A stretch of DNA of 64,000 bases from Candidatus Thiodiazotropha sp. DIVDIV. GTDB taxonomy: Bacteria > Pseudomonadota > Gammaproteobacteria > Chromatiales > Chromatiaceae. Positions 1 to 8,390 of this stretch are shown here, piece by piece; the first letter of the stretch is position 1, and every line of letters starts with the position of its first letter. Location: the NCBI GenBank assembly GCA_040506275.1, contig JBEVXD010000006.1, forward strand, positions 142,811 to 206,810, given 5' to 3'. The position numbers were made by a program, and so were the translations under genes. Under the pieces are notes generated by a model. That model saw only the letters and a list, made by a program, of their open reading frames with translations. It was not told where the DNA came from and ran no database searches.

Positions 1-171
1 AAACAGATGTTAATGGACATTCGCGAGGGAAAAAGTGTCGAACCTTTGCAGTTAGAAAGAGTTACCAAAGAGGGAAACGTGCAGAGTATCTGGATAATTG
101 CCAGCGCCCTCTTGGATGAACAAGGAAAGCCGGTTGCCCTATCTACAACTGAGCGATTGATTAGCAAATAA
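1..171 (+). CDS. 3' end of a PAS-domain signalling protein (partial, begins upstream of window)
   Basis: Frame +1 is open from base 1 to TAA at 169-171. The translation ...REGKSVEPLQLERVTKEGNVQSIWIIASALLDEQGKPVALSTTERLISK looks like the last strands of a PAS fold. Confidence 0.4.
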   Translation, partial: KQMLMDIREGKSVEPLQLERVTKEGNVQSIWIIASALLDEQGKPVALSTTERLISK

Positions 172-187
172 TCTATGGAGTGTCTTC

Positions 188-2458
188 ATGAGCAGATATA
201 GTAACCTCAGCCGAGTCGAGCTTGAAAAAATGCTCGGTCAATCTGAGGCTCTGCTGTCTCTTGAAAAGGATACAAATAGAGAACATCTTCTGCATGATCT
301 GCAACTCCACAAAATTGAACTTGAGATCCAGAATCGTGACTTGATAGAGTCACAGCGTGAGTTGGAAGTCACCCGTGATCGATATGCTGAAATCTACGAT
401 TTCGCTCCTGTGGGTTATTTGACGCTGGATAACAACGGCATTATAAAAAATTTAAATTTATCAGCAGCGGTCATGTTTGGGCTTGAACGTTCCAAGCTAT
501 TGGGTAAACCCCTTTCCACACAAATGGCTACCGGGATGAGTCGTCTGCTGTTCAAACACCTACGCAATACATTTTCTTCAGATCGAATGGTCACAGACGA
601 CTTCACTCTGAAAACCGCTAAAGATCATAAGACACGATTTGTCAGGGCGGACAGTATAAAACATGCAGGGGCCGATGATGAAATTACCTGTCTGATGAAT
701 CTGACAGATATCACAGAGCGTCGCAAAGCAGAGCAGGCGGTGCTTGAAGAGCGCTCCTTTCTACAGCATGTTATTGACGGTGTTGATGATCCCATAATGG
801 TGATCAGTTTAGACCACAAGATAATAAGTATGAATGATTCTGCAAGGCGAATCGCCAAGATGTTGAAATTGGATCCGGAGAATGTCTGCTGTTATCAGAT
901 TTCCCATCAGAATGACTCACCTTGCGATGGTAATGATTATCCCTGTCCGTTAAAGGCTGTATCGCAATCCCATCTGCCCACTAAAGTCATTCATAACCAT
1001 TTATCTGAAATGGGCACCCAGCGAAAATTCGAGATCTCGGTAAGTCCACTATTTGATGATGCTGGTGAGATAATGGGTGTTATTGAAACATCACGTGATA
1101 TTACTGAGCACATTGAGTTGTTGGAGGAGCTGAAGGAGCGAGAGCTCAGTTATGCCCATCTGGCACAGCATGATTCACTCACAGGACTACCGAATCGTCT
1201 ACTGTTCGCCGATCGTCTGAGTCAGGCTATTCACGTGGCTCATCGAAACAAAACAAAACTCGCAATACTGTTTATTGATCTTGATCGATTCAAAGAGGTC
1301 AATGACAGCTTTGATCACGCTTGTGGTGATGAAGTGCTAAAGGAGGTTGCGAAACGGTTTCAGGCGCTGTTTCGGGAAGATGACACCATTGCAAGAATGG
1401 GGGGAGACGAATTTACCGTTATTCTCACACATATTAAAGATGAATCAAACGGTGCACTGGTTGCTAAAAAGTTGCTCAATACATTCCAAAAAACCTTTGC
1501 TGTACATGGCCATGAACTGTTTCTGGGCGCCAGTATAGGTATCAGCCTCTATCCAGATCATGGTGATACCGTCGATGAGCTGGTTCGTAATGCGGATACT
1601 GCGATGTACCGGGCAAAGGAAGAGGGTAGAAATACCTTTCAATACTACTCAGAGGAGTTGACCGCCAAAGCGTTCGAGCGTGTTTTTCTGGCATCGAGTC
1701 TTCATAATGCACTGAAAAAGGGTGAGTTGCTAATCTATTATCAGCCTCAGTTCGAGTTAGTTTCCAAGAAAATATGTGGTGTTGAGGCGCTTGTAAGGTG
1801 GCAAAATCCTGAGCTTGGCTTGGTTGCTCCCAATAAATTTATTCCTCTGGCTGAGGATTCCGGCATCATTGCCAAAATGGGTAGCTGGATATTGAGAGAG
1901 GCCTGTCAGCAAATGAAAACATGGCAGAGTTCAGGTTTACTGGAAAGCGACATGACGATCAGTGTCAATTTGTCAGGGAAACAATTCGATCATGTTGATC
2001 TTGTTGTTGATGTTGAACAGACCCTAAGTGATACAGCTCTCTCGCCTACCTGTTTAGAGCTGGAGATTACCGAATCAATAATGATGCGATCGACAGAAGC
2101 TACCAGCCAGATACTCACCAGTCTTCGAGAGCTTGGAGTGAAGGTCGCAATTGATGATTTTGGTACCGGTTATTCATCGTTGAGTTATCTTAAACAATTG
2201 CCAATTACTCGTCTCAAAATCGATAAGACCTTTGTTTCTGATATACCGGAGGATTTGAATGATGTGGCAATTTCCAAAGCGATCATTTCGATGGGAAAGA
2301 ATTTGTCACTCGACGTATTGGCTGAAGGGGTGGAAACAAAACAGCAACATCAATTTCTGATTCAGCAGGGGTGCCGTGTAGGTCAGGGTTATCTATTCGC
2401 AAGACCCATGCCATCAGACAGCTTTGAATCCTTCGTTCAAGATAGAAATAAACCCTAA
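188..2458 (+). CDS. PAS-PAS-GGDEF-EAL c-di-GMP signalling protein
   Basis: 756-aa ORF. It has an N-terminal coiled coil (HKIELEIQNRDLIESQ), PAS-like segments, a GGDEF motif (RMGGDEFTV) and EAL-domain motifs (EALVRW, ELEITES, DDFGTGYSSLSYL). Confidence 0.9.
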   Translation: MSRYSNLSRVELEKMLGQSEALLSLEKDTNREHLLHDLQLHKIELEIQNRDLIESQRELEVTRDRYAEIYDFAPVGYLTLDNNGIIKNLNLSAAVMFGLERSKLLGKPLSTQMATGMSRLLFKHLRNTFSSDRMVTDDFTLKTAKDHKTRFVRADSIKHAGADDEITCLMNLTDITERRKAEQAVLEERSFLQHVIDGVDDPIMVISLDHKIISMNDSARRIAKMLKLDPENVCCYQISHQNDSPCDGNDYPCPLKAVSQSHLPTKVIHNHLSEMGTQRKFEISVSPLFDDAGEIMGVIETSRDITEHIELLEELKERELSYAHLAQHDSLTGLPNRLLFADRLSQAIHVAHRNKTKLAILFIDLDRFKEVNDSFDHACGDEVLKEVAKRFQALFREDDTIARMGGDEFTVILTHIKDESNGALVAKKLLNTFQKTFAVHGHELFLGASIGISLYPDHGDTVDELVRNADTAMYRAKEEGRNTFQYYSEELTAKAFERVFLASSLHNALKKGELLIYYQPQFELVSKKICGVEALVRWQNPELGLVAPNKFIPLAEDSGIIAKMGSWILREACQQMKTWQSSGLLESDMTISVNLSGKQFDHVDLVVDVEQTLSDTALSPTCLELEITESIMMRSTEATSQILTSLRELGVKVAIDDFGTGYSSLSYLKQLPITRLKIDKTFVSDIPEDLNDVAISKAIISMGKNLSLDVLAEGVETKQQHQFLIQQGCRVGQGYLFARPMPSDSFESFVQDRNKP

Positions 2459-2744
2459 ACTCATAAACATCCAGATCCTCTCAGCGACTGTTTAAGTGGC
2501 CTCTTGTTGCAATGATACAGAGGCTGTATGGATAAGCTGATTTGAGCAGTTGCAAATGTTCAACTCTTTTTCTTTGTGATCTCTAACCCCATGAAAGTCA
2601 TATTTGAATGTATGAGGTTCTAATCCCATCCACAGTCTCCTTAGGTCATTATTTATAGCTTATTGTTCTATAGTTGATCTAATAATAATCCTGAACCTAC
2701 CTATTAAGGTGCCGAGTTAATAATAATTGATAATGGAGTGCTAC

Positions 2745-4592
2745 ATGAATCTAAACTTGTCAGCTTGCAGCCGCTTAACAGTCCCATCCATCATCTCACT
2801 TACCTTGTTGTTCGCTGCCTGTTCTCCCGCTCCTCACTCACATCAGAATTCAAAAACTGGACAAGCTCAGAATAATAATAAAACAGGACTGGTCAGTTAC
2901 GATGAGGTGGACGCGATAGAGATCGTTGAAAGTCCTGCAACAGGTGTCGCCCTGGGCTGGGGGTGGAACAGGGGGGATTCTGAACCGATTCCGACCATCT
3001 GTGTCGAGTTTGTTCCGGGTGAGGAGCCGGCTCAGACAAGATACATGACAATGCACGAAGTATCGGATAGCTATACCCTGATGAAAACCCTTGGTGTCTC
3101 TGCAGAAGCATCAGTCAAGGCGATAGGATACCAAGCGAGCGGGAAGGCGGCCTTTGCCAAATCGACCAATCTGAGCAATCAACAGTCTACATTTGTTATG
3201 AATGCAGTGGTGCAAAACGGTGTGCGGTATGCAGCACCTGCACCTGAAGAAGAGAGTAGCGGTACAGAGTATCAGCCGGCCATCAATGAGCGGGGTGGCA
3301 CCCGTGGTGCCATAAGACTAACACCTAAAGCTCTGGGGTTGGCTACCCGGAGAGATGGGCTGGACGCCTTTAAACGTCATTGTGGATCGGCATTCGTCTC
3401 TGCTGTTTACGGTGGTGCCAAGCTGACCGCTGCGATCAGCTTTGTCAGTAAAAGTCTAGAGGAGAAGGAGAAGCTGAGTGCTGAAATCAGTGGCAGTGGC
3501 TGGGGGGCCAGGTTTAAAAGCAAGGTGCAGTCTGGTAAGACGAGTGCTACTGATTCAAATCGAATGGATATCTCTCTGTTTATGACTGGGGGTAAAGACG
3601 ATGCCATTCCCGCAAGTAAAGAGGATCTAATCAAAAAACTGGAGACCATTTCATTGGATGCCTATGCAGCACCAAAGGATTTTCAGATCGCCATCACCCC
3701 CTACGAGGTACTCTCGAACTGGCCCGGAAAGCTGCTGCCTGATAAGGAGTCTGAGTTCGACGAATTAGCAAGTTATTGGGGTAGTTACAATACCCTCTAC
3801 GATGAGATGCAACAGATACTCGATAATCCAAAAAACTACTATCTTGTAACCAGTGATGAACAAGGCTGTCCAGTCATCCCGATGTGTTCTGTTGAGAAAC
3901 AGGCCTATGATGTTTCTGTTCAGACATTAAATCAGCTTAATCAGAATTTTAGCGTTATAAAAGCCTGGTCCAAGCTCATAGCTGAAATAGAAAAGCCTCT
4001 TATCATTGCAAGGGATGAGGCAAAAGCTGCCCTCAGCAGATGTCAAACAAAACATAATCTCACTACGGCAAAACAGGCTGTGGTCAATTTGGCGGCTTTG
4101 AAACGTGCCCAGGATGAGGTTTTGATCAATCTACGGCGAATGCAGAACGAGGCTCGGGAGTGTAGTGATCGCAGTGATAACTGCAGTTTTGATGTCAGCA
4201 ACTATCGCAGCCCCTATGGTTTCAGAATCCAACTGCCTGTTCCTATATCTGCTTCATTGGCAAGCGTTGTTGAGATAACCGAATATCTGGTCGGCCGTCC
4301 AGCAAAACAGCGTTGTGAGTTTTCACCCTCCGATCCTGGTTGTCTCACCAATGCAGAGATCGACCAATGGCAGAGAAAGTTGGGATTATTACCTGTCAGC
4401 AAGACAATGCAACCACAGCTGTTCACAAATTATGAGAAACTTGCCGAAGCCGAAACAGCAATAGAGGAAGCTCGAAAAACAGAGTCGGTCTGTAAACCAG
4501 AGCAATTCCAATTCGAGGAGGGACGCAATGATGTGATCTGGTACAACGCCAGCCGCATACAGAAGCTGGAAAAGAGCATGGAGCAGATTTGA
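2745..4592 (+). CDS. Putative lipoprotein with MACPF/perforin-like central region (hypothetical protein)
   Basis: Long ORF. ATG at 2745 lies 7 nt after GGAG. There is a signal peptide with lipobox-like LLFAAC. The central segment HCGSAFVSAVYGGAKLTAAISF, followed by Ser/Gly/Lys-rich amphipathic stretches, resembles the MACPF signature region. Confidence 0.6.
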   Translation: MNLNLSACSRLTVPSIISLTLLFAACSPAPHSHQNSKTGQAQNNNKTGLVSYDEVDAIEIVESPATGVALGWGWNRGDSEPIPTICVEFVPGEEPAQTRYMTMHEVSDSYTLMKTLGVSAEASVKAIGYQASGKAAFAKSTNLSNQQSTFVMNAVVQNGVRYAAPAPEEESSGTEYQPAINERGGTRGAIRLTPKALGLATRRDGLDAFKRHCGSAFVSAVYGGAKLTAAISFVSKSLEEKEKLSAEISGSGWGARFKSKVQSGKTSATDSNRMDISLFMTGGKDDAIPASKEDLIKKLETISLDAYAAPKDFQIAITPYEVLSNWPGKLLPDKESEFDELASYWGSYNTLYDEMQQILDNPKNYYLVTSDEQGCPVIPMCSVEKQAYDVSVQTLNQLNQNFSVIKAWSKLIAEIEKPLIIARDEAKAALSRCQTKHNLTTAKQAVVNLAALKRAQDEVLINLRRMQNEARECSDRSDNCSFDVSNYRSPYGFRIQLPVPISASLASVVEITEYLVGRPAKQRCEFSPSDPGCLTNAEIDQWQRKLGLLPVSKTMQPQLFTNYEKLAEAETAIEEARKTESVCKPEQFQFEEGRNDVIWYNASRIQKLEKSMEQI

Positions 4593-4775
4593 AACCTGTG
4601 ATTCGGTGTTCAAGCTTCCTGGTAGTGGAGGCTTCTACGGTGGCCAGAAAACAGGGCCACTGTATGAATTCCTCACACAATCATTACCCAATTGCTCTGA
4701 CTCTTTAGAGGAGAGACAGTTTCTACATAGAAACTTTTTAGCAGAGTGAAAAAATCCCTTGATGAGTTCACTTAA

Positions 4776-4808
4776 CTGCAACCTTCTTCAAGTGGAAGAG
4801 GGTTGCAG
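4776..4808 (-). terminator. 14-bp stem hairpin downstream of the ferredoxin gene (possible bidirectional terminator)
   Basis: CTGCAACCTTCTTC-AAGTG-GAAGAGGGTTGCAG lies between the convergent genes ending at 4592 and 4823. No clean U-tract follows. Confidence 0.45.
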
Positions 4809-4822
4809 TGATAAGTTAACTA

Positions 4823-5191
4823 TTATGCGCCACCTGGTTCGCCAGTAAACTCTACCAAGAGGTCCTCATCGGTTACTACAGTCTGGCATGCAAGGCGGAA
4901 GGTGGGTGGAATGTCTTTCACATTCGCACGCTCTTCCTCATGCTTGGGTAACTTGCCGATCGATTTCAGAACTTCCCTCTCCTTATCTGTAAGCATTGCC
5001 CCTTTGATGTGGTCGCCATCAAGGTGGGTAATTTTTACAAGGCATGAACCACACTCCCCATCCTGGCACTCGAATGGGATTTTAATATTGTTTTCCTTTG
5101 CGACTGCAAGCAAGGTATCGCGCTTACCTGCGACAGCAGTAACTTTCGTGTTTTTTTTCATGATGGGAGATGAGAAATATATTGTGGCCAT
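4823..5191 (-). CDS. 2Fe-2S ferredoxin-like protein
   Basis: Cys pattern CQDGECGSC...LACQ is typical of plant-type 2Fe-2S ferredoxin folds. ATG at 5191 is preceded by GGAG. Confidence 0.8.
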   Translation of the reverse strand: MATIYFSSPIMKKNTKVTAVAGKRDTLLAVAKENNIKIPFECQDGECGSCLVKITHLDGDHIKGAMLTDKEREVLKSIGKLPKHEEERANVKDIPPTFRLACQTVVTDEDLLVEFTGEPGGA

Positions 5192-5603
5192 TGTGTGCTC
5201 CACCTGGTTGATGAGTAAAAAAATAGGATATTTACAATGTCCATAATCAGATGTTCTGTCTGCTAGCCGTGTCTGCTAGGTGTCTGGACAAGGCGCATCA
5301 TACGTAAAAAAAATGCCGCATGGGTAGTACTATTTTTATTGCACCAAGATAAGGCTTTAATGGTGCTAGATAACAGAAAATTTACTTTTTTCATGCACCA
5401 GTAAGATGCGTTTTTATCTAAACTCAGTCTGTAAATTAATATTTGCACCATTATGATGCCGGTGTGCTGTTTTTTTAGATTCTCTGCCCTTGAGACTTTT
5501 GCACAATCAGTTGTGTTGCTATTGAATGGAGTCAGTGATATAGCTCTATCTCCTAGGGCATATTGGATTTAGTATTAACAGGTAAATGACTTTGGAGTAA
5601 TCG

Positions 5604-5918
5604 ATGGCCTGGCTATGGTTGTTAGCGGCAGGACTGTTTGAAGTATTTTTCGCAGTTTTTCTGAAATTGTCGGATGGGTTTACTAAAACAGGCTATACGA
5701 TCCTGTTTGCGTTGTCTGCATCGCTCTCTTTTTATGCATTGACGAAAGCAATGCAAGTTATACCGATTGGGACGGCTTACGCAGTGTGGACTGGGATTGG
5801 AGCAGTAGGCGTGGTAGTGCTTGGTGCTATCTTATTTTCTGAACCACTTACAGGGATGAGGTTATTTTTCATATCAACATTGATTGGTTCAATTATTGGT
5901 TTGAAATATGTTTCTTGA
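5604..5918 (+). CDS. sugE: SMR-family small multidrug/guanidinium exporter (SugE/Gdx-like)
   Basis: 104 aa with four predicted TM helices. The N-terminus MAWLWLLAAGLFEVFFAVFLKLSDGFTK carries the conserved membrane Glu of SMR/SugE proteins. Confidence 0.85.
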   Translation: MAWLWLLAAGLFEVFFAVFLKLSDGFTKTGYTILFALSASLSFYALTKAMQVIPIGTAYAVWTGIGAVGVVVLGAILFSEPLTGMRLFFISTLIGSIIGLKYVS

Positions 5919-6966
5919 GTGAGCTGAATCTGATATCTCTTCTGTTTGTGACTTCCTGTTCACATAGGACGCTGCTGAATCACACTTTATGATTAAGTAT
6001 TTTCTGCTTATAAGTAATTGTGACATTCAGGGTGCTGCATCAGTATAGGAATATTGATCTTCTTACCCCCATGGTTCAGTTATTACTGAGGTCTCAGGCG
6101 GGAACAAGTCTAAATCGATATGAGGTGTAAACAGGCGTGTTTACTTCGAATTGCAGCGCCTTTGGTGGGGCAGGGCCCCACCCTACGAAATAGCCGGGGT
6201 GCCTGGTGGGCTCAGCCCCCAAGAAAAGGTGATGTGTAGGGTGGGGCCTGCCCCACCAATTAGTAACTTGAGTGAGTTGAATCTGATATCTCTTCTGTTT
6301 GTGATTTCCTGTTCACATAAGACGCTGCTGATCCACACCTTATGATTATTCTTTTTTGTTTATAAATTGTTGTGGCATTCAGGGTGCTTTCATCAGTATG
6401 GGAATATTGATCTTCTTACCCTCATGGTTCCGTTATTATGGAGGTCTCAAGCGGGAACAAGTCTAAATAGATATGAGGTGTAACTAAGTGTTTACTTAGG
6501 ATTGCAGCGCCTTTGGTGGGGCAGGCCCCACCCTACGAAATAGCCGGGGTGCCTGGTGGGCTCAGCCCCCAAGAAAAGGTGATGTGTAGGGTGGAGCCTG
6601 CCCCACCAATTAGTAACTTGAGTGAGTTGAATCTGATATCTCTTCTGTTTGTGATTTCCTGTTCACATAAGACGCTGCTGATCCACACCTTATGATTATT
6701 CTTTTTTGTTTATAAATTGTTGTGGCATTCAGGGTGCTTTCATCAGTATGGGAATATTGATCTTCTTATCCTCATGGTTCCGTTATTATGGAGGTCTCAA
6801 GCGGGAACAAGTCTAAATAGATATGAGGTGTAACTAGAAGTGTTTACTTTGGATTGTAGCGCCTTTGGTGGGGCAGGCCCCACCCTACGAAATAGTCGAT
6901 GTGTATGGTGGGGCTTTGCTACAAGCAATAGGTGATGTGTAGGGTGGGGCCATGCCCCACCAATCA
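5914..6966. repeat. Tandem array of three ~350-bp direct repeats, each ending in an inverted pair of REP-like palindromes
   Basis: Units start at about 5914, 6267 and 6617 with CTTGAGTGAG(C/T)TGAATCTGATATCTCTTCTGTTTGTGA. Units 2 and 3 are nearly identical by eye and unit 1 is more diverged. REP pairs lie at 6162-6260, 6513-6609 and 6865-6963. Confidence 0.9.
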
Positions 6967-6972
6967 GATTAA

Positions 6973-8115
6973 TTATGCTGTAGAGTTTCTTGTGCCGCCT
7001 GCCGCGTGTGCACTTTGCTTGATTTCGTCCAGTTTTCTAAATACTTCCATGCTGCCCTCTTCCATCGATTTAAGAGCATGCATTAGCGCGCTGTAATTCC
7101 GTTCGCTTTCTAGAAGCTTGAAAATATCATGGGTGGTTCTATGTACAATCTCATGGGGTTGTTCGAGCGCTTTATAATAGGGTGAGGATGAGAAAAACTC
7201 TTTGCCTTCACCTTCATAGTACCACTTACCGAGCCTACAGTTGTGGTGGTCGACGAAATCAAAAGCGGGTTTGTCGTGGTTGATAGAGAGATAGGTATTT
7301 ACCTTCCATAACATGTGATCCAGTTTTGCCAAACCCATGAAGACACTGTCTGTTGTGGCAGAGATGTCACCAAAGTAGCCTTTGATCTCTTCATTGATAC
7401 CTTTGAGGTTCTCTTCGAATCCTTTTACTTTGTTCTGGACATCATCAATGCACTCAATTAATCGGGTGGAGTCACCGCCAACAGAATCCACGTTTTGTTG
7501 CATGGATTTGATTACATCATTAGTGTCAGTGATCGCTGACTGTGTCTTGTCAGCAAGACCTCGAACTTCATCAGCAACTACGGCAAAGCCTCGTCCCTGT
7601 TCACCTGCACGGGCAGCTTCAATAGCTGCATTCAGTGCGAGTAGATTGGTCTGTTCGGCAATGCCCCTTATAAACGCCAGAATTGAGCTGATTTCAGTGG
7701 CGCGGGAAGACATGTTCTTTACAGAGTTATCGGCATGGGTGGAGAGGCTTGCCAGGTCATCCAGTGCATCAGTGATCTGAGATATATCGGCGGTCATGCC
7801 TGTAAAATGTGAGCGTACGTTCGTAGCACAGCCCAGGGTATGCTTTGCTGATCCAACGGAATCGGCAAGGTCGGATTGTATAATTCCCAATCCAGCTTTC
7901 ATCTGGATGTTTTCGAAGGTCATCAACTCATTGAGTTGAGACTCCCTGGAGGTGTCCTGTTGAAGTGTCGTTAAGGTTTTTGACTGCCTCTCCAGTTGCT
8001 CTTCAAGTGCAGCGACTGTGTTTTTCAGTTCCTCATTTTCCACCTGCAACTGCGCAATGAGTGTCTGATCCTTCTTATTGAACCATCCCATGCTGGTATC
8101 TCCATGCATATCCAT
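6973..8115 (-). CDS. Soluble methyl-accepting chemotaxis protein with C-terminal CZB (chemoreceptor zinc-binding) domain
   Basis: The MCP signalling hairpin motif is [34 protein letters not shown]. No TM segments are present. The C-terminal [11 protein letters not shown]...HEIVH motif is typical of CZB domains. Confidence 0.85.
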   Translation of the reverse strand: MDMHGDTSMGWFNKKDQTLIAQLQVENEELKNTVAALEEQLERQSKTLTTLQQDTSRESQLNELMTFENIQMKAGLGIIQSDLADSVGSAKHTLGCATNVRSHFTGMTADISQITDALDDLASLSTHADNSVKNMSSRATEISSILAFIRGIAEQTNLLALNAAIEAARAGEQGRGFAVVADEVRGLADKTQSAITDTNDVIKSMQQNVDSVGGDSTRLIECIDDVQNKVKGFEENLKGINEEIKGYFGDISATTDSVFMGLAKLDHMLWKVNTYLSINHDKPAFDFVDHHNCRLGKWYYEGEGKEFFSSSPYYKALEQPHEIVHRTTHDIFKLLESERNYSALMHALKSMEEGSMEVFRKLDEIKQSAHAAGGTRNSTA

Positions 8116-8128
8116 TCAGAGTTAGATT

Positions 8129-8305
8129 TAGTGGGCCATGCGGTAAATAAGGTAATGAGCGGGTCTCCCTTCGGGCCGGCCCACAAGCCTCAGCAGCTTC
8201 GTTGCACTCACTTGAATTGGCCTGCCAGTCCTACGTTCGCGCGCCTTACTGCTGAGGCTTGCGGGACCGGCTGATCGTTACCTTATTTACCGCATGGTCC
8301 ACTAG
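8129..8305. repeat. MITE-like element, family A (about 177 bp with ~30-bp terminal inverted repeats)
   Basis: Left end is TAGTGGGCCATGCGGTAAATAAGGTAA. Right end is TTACCTTATTTACCGCATGGTCCACTAG. There is an internal inverted repeat CCCACAAGCCTCAGCAG / CTGCTGAGGCTTGCGGG. Related copies lie at 45261-45296 and 62175-62497. Confidence 0.65.
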
Positions 8306-8350
8306 ATAGCGTCTGGTTTCTAAATAGCTTTAGCAGGGATTTTTTCTGCA

Positions 8351-8385
8351 CCAGGCCACATTTTCGAACTTGTGTGTGGCCTGGC
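8351..8385 (-). terminator. Hairpin downstream of sthA (putative terminator)
   Basis: CCAGGCCACA-N15-TGTGGCCTGG lies just after the sthA stop. No clear U-tract follows. Confidence 0.35.
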
Positions 8386-8390
8386 AGAGG

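Noticed and set aside
5452-5603. Guanidine riboswitch expected upstream of the sugE/gdx-like gene
   Set aside because: I looked for ykkC blocks, ACGR-loop hairpin pairs (guanidine-II) and the guanidine-III pseudoknot consensus. None is present. The only resemblance is a chance CTAGGGCA.
6151-6695. ORFs 6151-6345 and 6513-6695 (60-64 aa, near-identical peptides …APPYEIAGVPGGLSPQEKVMCRV…)
   Set aside because: They read straight through the REP palindromes of the tandem array. They have no ribosome-binding site, and their similarity only reflects the DNA repeat. I treat them as non-coding.
5914-6966. Possible CRISPR array
   Set aside because: The repeat period is ~350 bp with no short repeat/unique-spacer alternation, and there are no cas genes in the window. 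It is a tandem duplication.
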